A DNA stretch of 64,000 nucleotides. Origin: Camelus dromedarius (Eukaryota). Position numbers and translations under genes: made by a program. Below the pieces are notes generated by a model. The model was not told the origin of the DNA. It searched no databases and saw nothing but the letters and a program-made list of their open reading frames with translations. The stretch spans positions 100,380,001 through 100,444,000 of the forward strand of contig NC_087437.1 of the NCBI RefSeq assembly GCF_036321535.1, read 5' to 3'. Of the stretch, positions 24,701 to 37,760 are shown piece by piece (position 1 is the first letter of the stretch; every line of letters starts with the position of its first letter).

Positions 24701-26830
24701 GATACTGAAAAGACTCAGTTTACTTAAGTAATGAAACCTAATAAAGATAGCAAACACAGGAAATTATCAAGCATAAAATAGAGAATCCTTGTTTTTTTTG
24801 TTTTTTGGGGGTTTAACATAGAAAAACTGTTAACAGTGGGAGTCACCGAAGAGACGTGAGTAACTATTTTTAACTAGATATACCATTTAAAAATCATTGT
24901 TAAAAAATTCACCTAAAAACTTATCTCACTTAAATCAATTGAATTTTTTTCAACAATTAGGTTTAGATTACTTGTAAAAATGTTATAATACCAAGTTAGT
25001 TTTCTTGCTAATAAATTTTATAACATGAGCTTATTTGATTAATAAACCCAGATAACATAAAAGTTGTATGTTTGCATTACATTCAATGCTAATAGCTCTA
25101 AAAATATGCCTGTTTTAATTAAACCAACATCCTTAAACTAGCTTTAATTTGCTAAAGATTAACCTTAGATCATGCAAACTTGAGAAACATTTGTGTTAGT
25201 TTCCATTATAATTTAATTCATATAAGTAGTTGTTTGCTTTAAGTCAAGTAAATAGAGCTCATTTATGAGTTAATTTTGGCAATATAGAGCTAGAAAAATA
25301 TCGTATCTGACAGGTACATACATAGATACACAAACAAACATCGAGATCTCTTAGCTTTCATTTTAAAATTTGAGCCATGAATTAGGTACAATACAAAGAC
25401 TTTTTTGACTTAACCAAAGATGCAAGAGGCCTCTCACAAAAGACTGTGCAACCCTCACAAGATCCAGAAAGTTTACTCCCAGAGTTAATCTAAGTAAAAG
25501 CCCTTCACTGCTACATGTGGTAAGAATGGTGTGGTGAATATTGTGTCTCGGTTTCTCATGAGGATATGAAACAACTCCAGTCACAAACTTGCTAATATGT
25601 GACACTGGCAAGCACTCCTGGAATGGGATTTTTCCAGCACTAAGTAACGAAGGTTGAGATATCAAAGGCCCCTTATGGACTGGGACCCCTTATGACAAAT
25701 TTCCCAGAGAACTTGCATGGCTGGACAAAGAGAGTGCTGCTGTCTGTGATTCTGTGTCTCAGAACCCTAGTCTGTGCAACTAGTCACCAAGGTGCACCTC
25801 AGTGAGTGCACCCTCTGGATGGCAGACACCAGAGAGAACATCCTCACTGGTGACAAAGCCAAGCTCTCAGGGCGTAGAACAAGATGGAAGGGAAACATCA
25901 CCTGGTTTTTACATAGGGGACCCACAGGAAAGTTTGGCTAAACAGTTGCCAGTCTGGTGAGAACCATGACCTTGGATCTGTGAGGCTGGCTCAAACAGCA
26001 GGCTTATAGTCTAGGGCTTATTCCTACATTCTGAGCTATGGGTTTTTCTCTTTATGACAAATGACGTGCAAGACAGACACAAAGAAAAAGAGCAACTGTC
26101 TTTGGGAAGATAAGGATCAATACTTATTACCAGATTTTCTTTGTCCAAGAAACCAGTTCCATAAATATTTTCTCCTGTTAGTCCAGGAGGCAGAGATCTG
26201 GGGGGCTGATGTGGTAAGAAATCTTACCTCCTGCCAGTCTTTGCCAGAGATTCAGGGGTTTCTCAGCTGGACTAGCCTCAAAGGTGGCATGGAGTAGGGT
26301 TCAGCCAGTATCTTGGCCAGCTGCTGGGGAGGGGGAAAATTTTCCTCCAGCCTTCTTGAGTTCTTTTGGCTTGTCTAGTAATTAAATTGACACAAGATAG
26401 GTTAACAGGAGAAAAATTTGTACAGAGGTCTCATAGAAGTAGGACCCCTGAAGCGACCAAAGCAGGCTGTCACATCATTTTACATCATCATTAATATACC
26501 ATTTTTAGACAAAGAAACAATTATTTGTGAAGATCTAACAAAAAAAGGGCTTGTACTTGGGATAGCAAACTAATGAAAAGTAACAGTTTGTTCAGGCAGC
26601 TTTCTTAGCCTTGAATTCCCTAACTGTAGTGATAAGGATGCATTCTGTCCTCCTAGTATAGGGAGGACACCTTCACATGGAAAATTTGTTTCTCACTTTC
26701 TGTGGGAAAGAGGGGAGTCTGAGTGTTTTTTATGCCACTTTTTTTTTCACCAGCTGTTTCTTCAGTAACTTTAATTCAAAATAATGTGCCACTTTTGCAA
26801 GTTTTGAGCAGCCTTCCTTGAGCCCCAATA
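21726..26830 (-). mobile_element. Non-coding ERV1 (MER4-group-like) provirus with two LTRs
   Basis: Direct repeats 21726-22364 and 26322-26830, roughly 80% identical by eye. Minus-strand PPT AGAGGAGAGAAC at 22365-22376. TGG-initiated PBS position at 26319. 4-bp TSD ctca/ccca. AT-rich interior without gag/pol/env ORFs. Confidence 0.88.
22171..22306 (+). mobile_element. vic-1-like SINE inserted in the proviral 3' LTR
   Basis: A and B boxes present; perfect TSD caaaataattaa (22159-22170 and 22307-22318); absent from the other LTR. Confidence 0.93.
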
Positions 26831-28760
26831 CCCAGAAGCAACCACTTTCAGTTCTTTAATTTGTTTTGTTTTTTTCTCTTGGTATATGATCATCTGTTTT
26901 CTAAATTATATGCTAATATTTCCATTTTTGATTTTTTGTTTTGGTCATTATCTATTAATACCACATTTTGGAAGATGATGATTTTTCTTTAGTCTGCATG
27001 CCTTCAATCCACCCCACTACATGCATTCTTTTTTGCTCTCATCTCTTTAGTATAGTTATTTCATAATTTGGATCAGAGCAAAATTACTACATTATTATCA
27101 TGATATAAATGCTATTCACAGCTATGCCTAACAGAATACAATGATTTATATGTTTTCTCTGGATTAAAAAAAATTATCCTTTAATTAAAAAAATAGTTTT
27201 CTGTGTATTCTTAATTGAAACTTTCTACCAATTGCTAATATCTCTTGATGTGTTTGGACACATAGGGTGTTCTGATGTTGCATATTCCTGAAGCACTCCT
27301 TCCTGAAGCACGCTAACCTGCCCTAATCTGGAAAAGCTGTTCTTAGAGCCTTCACACAGCTGTGATCATGGAATTGCTTGTGACCAGGGTTCTGAAATTC
27401 CCTCCACCTTTCTCCCCAGTAGGGTTCTTGTCTCCAGGATCTTATGGCTTCTTTTTTGTTTTTTTTGTTTGTTTTTGGCTTATCCACTTAGTTTCGTGAA
27501 GCACAGCTTCTAAGCAGCTATCTGAGAGAGGATGCAGGTGATGTAAAATTTTTGATACCCTGCATGTCTGAAAATGTCCTTATTCTTCCCTCATACTTAA
27601 TTAATAGTTTGGCTGGCTATAGACATCCATGGTGAGAAATATTTTCCTTCAGAATTTTTTAAGGCATCAATCTTCTACTTCCAGTGTACTGTTGAAAAAC
27701 ACAAAGCGATTCAGATTCTCAGTATTTTTAGGTGGTCATCCCCCGTCTCCACCCCAGGCTTGCCTCTGTCCCTGTGTTTTAAGATTTCATGATGAGGTGA
27801 CTCTGGTGTGGTTTATTTTCAGCCATTGCTGAGGTACTCTGGATCCCCTTTCATTCTGGAAACTTATGGCATTCCATTCTGGGAAATACACTTGAAATGT
27901 TTCTTAAATAATTTTCTCCCGTCATTTTCTCTGTTCTGCTTCTTGAGAACTCCTTTTATCTGAATTTAGAACTTACGAACTTGTTCTGTAGTTTTCTGAT
28001 TATTTTCTCTCTTTTTCATTTTGCTTTCTGAGAATTTTCTCTAATTTTATCTTCTAACGCTTCTATTGAGTTTTTCATTTGTGTCACTGTATTTTTAAAA
28101 TTTTTTTGTTGTTCTTTTTTTATTGAAGTATAGTCAGTTTACAATATTGTGTCAATGTCTGCCATGCAGCATCATGTTTCAGTCATACATATACATACAT
28201 ATATTTGTTTTCATATTCTTTTTTATTATAGGTTACTACAAGATATTGAATATAGTTCCCTGTGCTATACAGTATAAACTTGTTATTTATTTTATATATA
28301 GTAATTAGTGTCTCCAAATCTTAAACTCTCAATTTATCCCTTCCCATTCCCTTCCCACTCTGGTAACCATAAGTTTGTTTTCTATGTCTGTGAGTCTGTT
28401 CTGTTTTGTAAGTAAGCTCACTTGTGTTCTTTTTTAAGATTCCACGTACAAGTGATAGTATATGGTATTTTTCTTTCTCTTTCTGGCTTACTTAGAATGA
28501 TGATCTCCTTAAAATGTCTAATATCTTGTATTTTTATGTATTGATTTTTTTTTTGCAACAGGCTATACTTATTTCAGAGAAACTATTTTCTCTTACTTCC
28601 ATGAAAATATCAATGGTAATATATATATATTTTTTTCTCTGTGTATTTTCTCTGGTTCTTCCTGTTTGCTTACATTGTAACTCAGGTCTCTGTTTCTGTG
28701 AGTGTGTGATTTAAAAGATGTCTTAGACATCTGGTGATCCTTCATGTTTGCACATATTTG
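26831..28760 (-). mobile_element. Old L1ME/HAL1-like remnants
   Basis: cccagaagcaaccactttc; tgcatgtctgaaaatgtccttatt...aatagtttggctggctataga; ttctattgagtttttcattt (antisense ORF1-like). Confidence 0.6.
28110..28508 (-). mobile_element. Younger lineage L1 3' end
   Basis: ttattgaagtatagtcagtttacaat...ggttactacaagatattgaatatagttccctgtgctatacag...ggtaaccataagtttgttttctatgtctgtgagtctg; same family as 39489-40267 and 56263-56392. Confidence 0.88.
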
Positions 28761-28827
28761 AGAGTGTGACATACAGACTGTGAGAGTGGAGGTTGTTGAC
28801 TTTGCTGTAGGAAGGTCTGTCTGGACC

Positions 28828-29040
28828 CGTGCTATCACATAGAACTCTGTGCAATGATGGATGTGTTGTATGTCTACACTGTACCATAACACAACCATAG
28901 CCACACATGTCTGTTGATCACTTGAAAATGTGGCTTGTGCAACTGAGGAAATGCTGCTTTAATTTTACTTAGTTTAAGTTACCTAAGTTTTAATTTAAAT
29001 CACTACAAGTGGCTAGTGGCTACTATGTTGGACAACACAG
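28828..29040. mobile_element. MER3 (hAT-Charlie)
   Basis: atagaactctgtgcaatgatgg...cacttgaaaatgtggct...gtggctagtggctactatgttggacaacacag. Confidence 0.85.
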
Positions 29041-29669
29041 GTCTTGGCTTTCTCTTTGAATTTTTTCTTTAGTGGGTTGGGTTGGATTCATTAGAGAAAG
29101 AGTTTTGAACTCCTTTCTGGAAGGCTTACCCCTGATGGCTTGCATTCTGAGACCCAGATAAAGAAAAAGGAGTAGGGGCAGGGATGAGTTCTTTCCAAAA
29201 TGCCAACATCCACATAGTTTTAATTTTCTGTTTAGTATTGCAGTCTCCCAACTCTCCCAGAGCCCTCTGCTTTAACTTTTCCAGAAAATAAACTTCTAAG
29301 CTTTTGTTAGGAGAAAATAGGGGATTTGAGGTTCTAAATGCTTTTGATTTTTTGTTCTATCTTCAGTCCTACTTCCAGAGCTACCCAGTAACACAAATTC
29401 CCAAGACTAGTGTGTAATCAATGCTTCTTGGCTTTTATCTCATCATCTTGGGGCCCAGTACTTTTGGATCTGGTACATTAGTTACCTTTCATTAATCTTC
29501 CCAATTTTCAAATTTTAATGCTGTCATGTTTTTCTCCATTTTTTTGTCCTACAATCTGATGTCTTGACAGAAAATTCTTTACCATGTTTTAATGGGGTTT
29601 CATAAAAGTATAAAAATCATGTTCAGTCAGTCATCTTCACTCCACAGTTGGCTTATTTCATATATGGGT

Positions 29670-29946
29670 CGTCTTAGTCTGTTCGGGCTACTGTAACAAA
29701 AATATCACAGACTGAGTGGCTTAAACAACCAACATTTATTCCTAATAGTTTTCGATGCTGCGAAGTCCAAGGTCAAGGTGCTGAAAAATTTGGTGCTTGG
29801 TGAGGACACTAATCCCATTCATAAAAGCTCCATCCTTATGACTTAATCACTTCTCAAAGCCGCCTCCCCCCCATACTGTCAATCACCTTAGGGTTAGGAT
29901 TTCAACACAGGAATTTTGGGGAAACAAACATTCAGTTCAGACCACG
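29670..29946 (-). mobile_element. MLT1A-type LTR, internally deleted
   Basis: gtcttagtctgttcgggctactgtaacaaaatatcacagactg...gaagtccaaggtcaaggtgc...cactaatcccattcat...ggttaggatttcaaca. Confidence 0.85.
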
Positions 29947-30568
29947 GTTTTATATTTATTATTTTTACAATCTAATCACTGACCTTACTACTTGTAAAGT
30001 TGATCTTTGAAATGATTATTTACAATGTCATCCAACTATTCTAATTTAGAATTCCTACCTCAAGGAATAATTTCAGATCTATGTAAAATATTTTTGCCTC
30101 CTTTTTTTTTTACCAACTCCAGCAGCTAACTTCAATAAGTGTTTTAAACTTCCACCATTGAGACTTAATCAGGATAATTGAATAGGTTTCCCATAACAGG
30201 AGAGACTTTGTAAAGACTCAAATATAAGGCAGTTTCTTTTATTGCTGTGGAATAATTTTTGGAGAAAATATCATTTATATTCAAGTTCATATGGTATTTA
30301 GGCAAATCTATACATAATATTAAGCATGAGTGTAACTTAAATACATAATCAAAGCTATTGTGTACAGGGTGGTCAATAATAAGGATTGATTTTTCCTGGT
30401 GGTGCAGACGCACGTCATTATGATTTACAGAAAATAAAGTGCTGTTTGTTGTTTATTCATGTTTATGGAATTGGGCATAAGTCCAATATATATTTAAAGG
30501 AATATATGACAAAGGATCAGCAGAGTCAGGGGTAGAATAAGCCATTTAATTTTATACAGTAATATATT

Positions 30569-30735
30569 CTCTTTTCTTTTTTTTTTCTTTTTTTTTTTTT
30601 CTTTTGAGAGGGAGGTCATTAAGTCTACTTATTTGTTGTTGTTGTTTTTTTTTTTAATGGAGGTACTGGGGATTGAACCCAGGACCTCATGCATGCTCAG
30701 CATGTATTCTACCGCTGAGTTATACCTTCCCCCCT
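30569..30735 (-). mobile_element. vic-1-like SINE
   Basis: ggaggtactggggattgaacccaggacc...ctgagttatacc with poly-T; TSD cagtaatatatt/cagtaatacatt. Confidence 0.92.
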
Positions 30736-31189
30736 CAGTAATACATTTTAAACTTGTATTTCAGTTTGGACTTTTTATGGAGTTGGATGATTTATTTCTG
30801 CTCTTCATTTCCTAACTGTGAGCTGACTTTTCTTGCCAAATAAAGGTGGTTACTCACCTTCTATCCACCACAGTTGAGCCCAGTCAAGGCCTAGGCTTAG
30901 AACTTCTAAAGTACTCCAGTGTTCTTTAAGAATGTTACCTTGGGGAATAAGCAACCAGAGCTGGCTTTTGCCAGCATGTCCTTTGGGTGCTAAAATGAGC
31001 CTCTTCTCAGAGGATTCGTCCTCTGTTTTTGTTACATCTACAGTTCCACTTCTTTGTAAATCTTTGTGGTTGGCAAATTCCACTTTGGTTTATTTTTCTG
31101 TTCAAGTGGTTGAAGTTATTGCTCTACCTGCTTTGTTCTTCCTTTCCCCACAACTCCTACCCTGCCTTGGATTTGCCCTTCACAATTTA

Positions 31190-31672
31190 CAGATGGTCCC
31201 TGACTTGGACAGTTCAACTTACGATTTTTTTGACTTTTAGAGTGTCAGAGCAACACCTATTCAGTAGAAACTGTACTTTGAATTTTGATCTTCTGCAGTA
31301 CAGTCCTCTCTCGTGATGCTGGGTAGTGGCAATGAGCTGCAGTTCCCAGTCAGCCACGTGATCACGAGGGTGAACAACTGATACATATACAACCATTTTG
31401 TAACAGTACAACCACTTTGCTTTTTATTTTCAGTACAGTGTTTAATAAATCCCGAGAGATACTCAACACAGTATTATAAAATAGATTTTGTGTTCGATGA
31501 TTTTGCCCAACTGTAGGCTAATTGTAAGTGTTCTGAACACGTTTAAGGTAAGTGAGGCTAAACTATAATGTTCAGTAGGTTAGATGCATTAAATGCATTT
31601 TTGACTTATGACATGTTTAATTTATGAAGGGCTTTTTGGGACTTAGCCCCATCATAAGTTGAAGAAGATCTG
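31190..31672. mobile_element. Tigger5/MER47-family MITE
   Basis: TIRs CAGATGGTCCCTGACTT and AAGTTGAAGAAGATCTG flanked by TA on both sides; internal gatgattttgcccaactgtaggctaa. Confidence 0.88.
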
Positions 31673-31934
31673 TAGTAATTAATTCTATAGCATTGTTTTG
31701 TTGCTTCTTGTTTCAGAAAGTCCCTTACACCCCTTCTGCCCCAAGTCTCCTCCCCATCTAACTAAACTGTGATGGTTCAGAAGACAAAAATCATGTGTGA
31801 TGTGTCTTTGTAACCTCCACCCTCTGCCCCAGTGCTACACATGTAGAGGCACTCAGATTAGGCTTTCTCATCGAAGGAGACAGAACTGTGACATGTGCTG
31901 CCATTTATCTTGGACACCCTCTGTTCCAAGTGCA

Positions 31935-32105
31935 GTGTAGGCACTTCACATATTCTTTCTCATCCTTACATATATCCTGCAAAGAAACTGATAATTTTAC
32001 CTCATTTCTCAGTTGAATCTGACGCTCAGAAGAGGCAAGTAACTTACATATAGCTGGTAAGCATCAGAGTCAGGATTTGAACCCATGTTCTTTCTACTAT
32101 TGTAT
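31935..32105. mobile_element. MIR
   Basis: aatctgacgctcaga...aagtaactt...agctggtaagcatcagagtcaggatttgaaccca. Confidence 0.7.
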
Positions 32106-34099
32106 ACCAATTCACCTCTCTCTCTGAGCTCACATAGATCCAAATAATCATAGCAGCATTACTTCGCTTGCCTCTAGATTTGTAATTTGGACTACTAACC
32201 TAGATGAATTCAGGTCCTATCCTGTTGACTTGCAATGTTAGCTCTGCTCTTTTGAGAATTAGGTGACCAACTTTCTGAGCAACAGTCCTTATCTCTTTAG
32301 GGATATTGTAGCCCAGTGAGAGCCCCAGAGCATCAAAGTATTGTCAATGAACAGCCTGCTTCTGAAACCCAGGACCTCCCCCGAGTCTAACAATGACAGG
32401 GCTTTTGTAGTGACGTAGGGCCTGTAACTTGTCCCTTCATTTCCTTCTTTGCATTTCATCACTCCCACATTTTTAAAACATCACTTCCTCTATGACATAA
32501 TAATGGCAAGTATTCTATGACAAGTAAGTGCCAGGAATATTTCATTTGCCTCGGAAAGATATAAATTCCTGGGTCTATTCAGAGTCCAGTGGCTTTCAGA
32601 GAGACAGAGCATGCTGCTCCCCTTTAAGAAAGTCCACCAATGGGAGTGATTTCTGGTGATGCAATGTTGATATTTTAGTATCATCCTGGAGAAGGGAAGA
32701 GGTGGGGTTTCTCTGGAGCCAGATGAACTCATAATTAGTTCTCACCCAGGCTGCTTAAGCAATTATGGTGAAACCAAATCACATTATTTTTTTTTCCTGC
32801 TCTTGATAAAAGCCTCAACACTGCTCCTCCTGCCCCATAGGGCACTTGACTGGCGATTATTTCTAACATCACAGAAGCTATTATTTTCCTTTTGTTTCCA
32901 GGCTACAACTGTCACTGTGTAAAATAAGAAGTGTGGGGGAAATAATGCACACCTCTTGGTCTCCCTACTTCAGAGGCACCTAGCAACCCTGTCTCCAGGC
33001 AGGCGCACGCTTCTCCATGGTAGTTTACTGCCCACTCACAGCAGAGGCGGCGTGCTCTCTGCAAATAGCCTACCTCTTTGCTGGTGCCAGCTTGGTAGTG
33101 GGGTGCTGGTGTCATTTGGTGTCCTCAGGGACATTTGGTTCTTGTTCTGGGAAGACTAGGGCAAAGCAATGACTGTTTCCCCAAAGCTGTTTGTGGAATC
33201 ACAAATTAGGTCAAGCAGTTCTGTACTTGGGGTTGCATAGTCTAAAATCAAAAGCAACGGTTTTCAGCCTTTGTTTTTTCCAGTCTTTGACATATTTCAG
33301 ACATGAACTTTCCAGAATGTTCATGATATTCTTTTCTAAAGGATGTTTCCCAAATATATTTATGCAATGAGCAACCCTCCTGGCCATTTTGTTCATCTAC
33401 CAACTGGCCCAGCAATGCTACACACATCAGCCATTCCCATTTCACCATATCCACTCTCTGCCTCCAAAATATCATGTAGGCTGAAGAGAGCCCTGCACTG
33501 GCTTACCAACCAGCCACATGGACTTTCCATTTCAGGCTCATGTACCACAGGACATTATGATGGGACGTTGAGACTTACAGTTCGCTTTCTGTATCTCAGG
33601 GCATTGTTAAAGAGTCTTTGTTTCTTTACTGCTTTATTTGATCTGCATTTTAACTCTCCCCTAGAGGAAAAGACTTGGAGAATGAAAGTTGCATCTTTCA
33701 TGCATCTTTCACTGATGGAAACCAAGCTTTTCCTGTGGTTATTACGTCAGGTTCCTAGGCATGTAAAGCTTGATTTGGGAAACTGTGAGTGCTGCTGGGT
33801 AGAGGGCTGATCTCAAGATATTGGGAAGGGAATAAGTTTTAACCTCCAAGAGTCTTTTTTTTTTTTTTTTCACTCACCCACCAAACAATTACTGAATTCC
33901 TACCATGTGCCAGCCCTCTGCTAGGAACAAGGGAGACAAATATGAATGAAAAATTTTATTTACAAGCTCATAATCTGGAGAATATTTTAGTGAAAATAAC
34001 AGTTAGGAACAATGTCAGATACGTTGTAATACAAGTAGTTTGGGAGGTTAGAAGGGGATAAGAGGACCCTCTAGGGAGATAGAAGCGGGGGGGGTGATA

Positions 34100-34212
34100 T
34101 TTCTATCCTTTAATTTTTAATAATAGCTATGTTTCATAACTGGCTCACAACGATTCCTGAAAACCTAGCACTCAGCTCTCATGAGCTGGTGTGAACTGGC
34201 TCCAGCACACGG
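34100..34212. mobile_element. MER63-like (hAT) terminal fragment
   Basis: ttcctgaaaa...gctctcatgagctggtgtgaactggctccagcacac. Confidence 0.6.
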
Positions 34213-34744
34213 TGGGTAAGAGTGAAATCGGGAGGTATAGATGTGTCTTGTAGCTATGGTAAGAAGTTTGGATGCCCTCCATGAGGCAGGATAATTTGAA
34301 ATATTAATCAGTGTTTTTGTTTCTTTTGCTTTGTATATTTTCACCTTCTTCCCCCAAAGAAGTTGCCTAACTTCTGTTTTTCCTTGCCTCAGAGGGTTTT
34401 GTATTGCTGGGCAAAAATCAAATATTTCTAAAGAACTAGGCTTGGCATTACCTACTGTCATAGGACCACCTGGATACAGTCAAGGTGAAGATCAGATGTG
34501 AACATTGTAAACTAAGACTAGAGGGCCCATTCTTGAATATTCTGTATGAGATCCCTGTACATTTCAAAAGATTCTTGGTGGAAAGAAGAAACTCAATAAA
34601 AAAAACTGAAACTGAACTTCTCACTGACTAAAGGAGAGGGCTCAGCATAACTTAACTATTTTAAAGAAGTTAAGAGAAATGATGTTTCTTGCATTCTAGT
34701 GTTGTAGAATTAAACTGCTACTCATTATAGCTGTAGGCCATATA

Positions 34745-34860
34745 TTTTTTTAATTTTTAAAATTTGGGGGGTATGAGGGGAGGTAATTAGATTGATTAAT
34801 TAATTAATTAATTTTAATGCAGGTACTAGGAACTGACCCAGGATGTGCTCTACCACTAAA
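34745..34860 (-). mobile_element. Degenerate vic-1-like SINE with internal deletion
   Basis: Reverse complement agtggtagagcacat|cctgggtcagttcctagtacctgcatt...ctaattacctcccc. Confidence 0.7.
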
Positions 34861-35089
34861 TTTTAGAAGGGTAATTGTCACCCATGGAGAGAAGGAAATG
34901 GAAGGGGGAGAACCTGACTGAGAAATGAGACCAGTTAGGTGTGGTCATCTGCCATGATAAAGAGGGTAATCAGGGAAGTGCCTCATACTTAGCAGGTGCT
35001 TAATAAGTACTTGATAAATGAATGAAAGAGTGAATAAATGAGTAAGTCTAATGAGCAAGCAAATATGCATGTTTCCACTACATTAAAAA

Positions 35090-36245
35090 TGGAACTGGTC
35101 AGGAAAATAACAAGATAAGCCATGGACTGGGGGAAAATCATTGCAAAAGACATATCTGATAAAGGACTGTTAACCAAAATATACAAAGAACTTAAAAAAA
35201 AAAAAAACCAGCAACAAGAAAATGAACAACCTGATAAAAATTTGGCAAAAGACCTGAAAGATACCTCACTAGAGAAGGTATACAAATAGCAAACAAGTAC
35301 ATGAAAAGATGTTCTACTTCAGATGCCATTAGGGAATGTAAAATAAAACAATAAAGACTACCACTACGCACTTAACGGAGTGGCCAAAATCCAGAGCACT
35401 GATGACACCTAACGCTGGCAAGGATGTGGGGCAACAGGAACACTCATTCATTACTGGTGGGAATGCAAAATGGTGCACCCACTGTGGAAGACTGTTTGAC
35501 AGTCTCTTATGAAACTAAACATACTCTTAGAACATGAGCCAACAATCATTCTTCTTAGTATTTACCCAAAGGAGCTGAAAACTTTTGTCTACACAAAAGC
35601 CTGCACATGAATGTTTATAGCAACTTTATTTATAATTGCCAAAACATGGGAGCAGCTAAGATATCATTCAGTAGGTGAGTGGGTAAACAAACTGTACATC
35701 CAGACAAGGGAATATTATTTAGCACTAAAATGAAATGAGCTATTAAGCCATAAAAGAACATGGAAGAAACTTAAATGTGTATTACTTAGTGAAAGAAGCC
35801 AAACTGAGAAGGCTATATATACTGGATGATTCCACACTGTGATATTTTGGAAAAGGCAAAACTATGGAGACAATAAAAAGATCAGTGGTTGCCAGGGAGT
35901 GGGGGGAGGGAAGCATGAATAGGTGGAACATGGAAGGCTTTTAGGTCATTGAAACTATTCTGTATGACACTATCATGGTGGATACATGTCACTATATGTG
36001 TGTCCAAATCCATAGAATATCCAAAACCAAGAGTGAATTCTAATGTGAACTTATGGTCTTTGTGTGATAATGGTGTGTCAATGTAGGTTCATCAATTGTA
36101 GCAAATGTATGACTGTGGTGGGGGATGTTGATAGTGGGGGGAGGCTGCACATATATGTGAGGACAGAGGGTAATGGGAAATCCCAGTACCTTCCATTCAG
36201 TTTTGCTGTGAATCTAAAACTGCTCTAAAAAATAAAGTCTACTTG
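35090..36245 (+). mobile_element. L1MC1-like 3' part (ORF2 end plus 3' UTR)
   Basis: gctggcaaggatgtggggcaacaggaacactcattc...gaatgtttatagcaactttatt...ctaaaactgctctaaaaaataaagtct. Confidence 0.9.
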
Positions 36246-37760
36246 AAAGGGGGAAAAAAAAATGTCTGGGAGTTACGAGGATGCATGATTCACTACCTAG
36301 ATGGTATTAGGGAAACCAGAGCATTTCTATGTTGCCTGAAGATGATATTCTGGCCAGTGGACTGTGCCTTTATAAAGATCAAAGAGCCCGTCAATGAAAA
36401 CAAATGCCAGTGTGGCAGAGGAAATTCAGGCATACAGATTATTATGAAGTATATGTGTTGAAGAATAGAGTATGAGAATTTGAACTAACAACTCGGTTTA
36501 CCATTCCACCAATGTCAGGTGACTTTGGAGTTTATTAGAACCTTCAAAAAGTTAGAGGAGGTGTCAGCTCTACATTTACAACCTACCACCTTTCTACCAG
36601 GCAGTTGTAGCAATGGGACATTTCAGACCATATAATTCTAAGTAACCAAATATTGGGTAGCAAGCAGGCACAAAACAATCATACAGTCTCTGTTTACCTC
36701 TAATAGTTTTAGTTTCAACCCTTGACACAATGACCAAGGCCTTCATGAAAGGGTGTCCCCAAGATGAAGACAAGTGTGTTCTGATGGAGGGAGGGTCAGG
36801 CCTTTTGGTTCGATCAGAAGACAGGCTCGTCCACTGATGGGAGGGGCACAGCACCATACCTGTCCCCCTGGTAGGAACCGCTAGTCTGGACGGGTATTTA
36901 TTTATACCTTGTTCCTGCAAAGGTGGAGATGTCCAACTTTTAACAAGCAGGTAACTTAAACTCCACTAATTTTGCCAACTAGGAATTCTTTCAAATATGC
37001 TAAATAATAAAACTTCTGGTGTTTTGACAAAAATACTTTTGAATGCCACCTGGCCAGTTCTTAGGATATTAATTGTGTTAGGCCACTTCACATGCTCATT
37101 GATCCCTAGGGCGTAAATTAGAGTTAAATTGCACACGCGGGAGTTCTCAGTGTTATATACTGTGGTATGGTAAAGCAAATTACAACAGACAATAAAAACT
37201 GAAAGACATATCAAGAAAAAGATTTTTTTTAACAGTTTCAGAATGAAACTGTTCCTCTGCTTTGAGTTGTACTAGTAACTATGACATCTAATTGTGCTGG
37301 AGAGAGTGAGTGCATATGGAGCTTTATAGCGTTTAACAGAAACAGTTTAAAGCAATTTACTGCCTTGGTTGCTGTAGCATCATAGCTCCTTTCTGAGATC
37401 TCCTATTAACAAACGATTTTCCATTAATAAAAGCCTTTATGTAAAGCTTTATTTTATGATTTTTTTTTTTTGGTAACAAGAAGAGTACTATGGATGAGCA
37501 GAAAAATATCCCAGAGAGAGGTTGTCATAGGAACTGTGCCAGGAGAGCAGCTATGCACAGGGAAAATGCACCATCCAAGGAGGAGAGGAAGGAAGTGATC
37601 TTGAAGCTACTCTTTCCATCAGTTTTGGTGAGTAAAGCTCTCATGAATCTCATGTCAATTGTCCTCAGTGGTAGCAGAGGTAGGTGGGATACTGGGAGAC
37701 TGTGGGTTGATGATATATACCTCATGGGGTTGTTGTAAGAGATTAAAAATAGATAAAATA

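Noticed and set aside
25363..25665. 100-aa ORF in the ERV leader as possible gag
   Set aside because: No MG start, major homology region or zinc knuckle.
33343..33810. 155-aa plus-strand ORF
   Set aside because: No recognisable domain, random-like composition and no clear exon boundaries.
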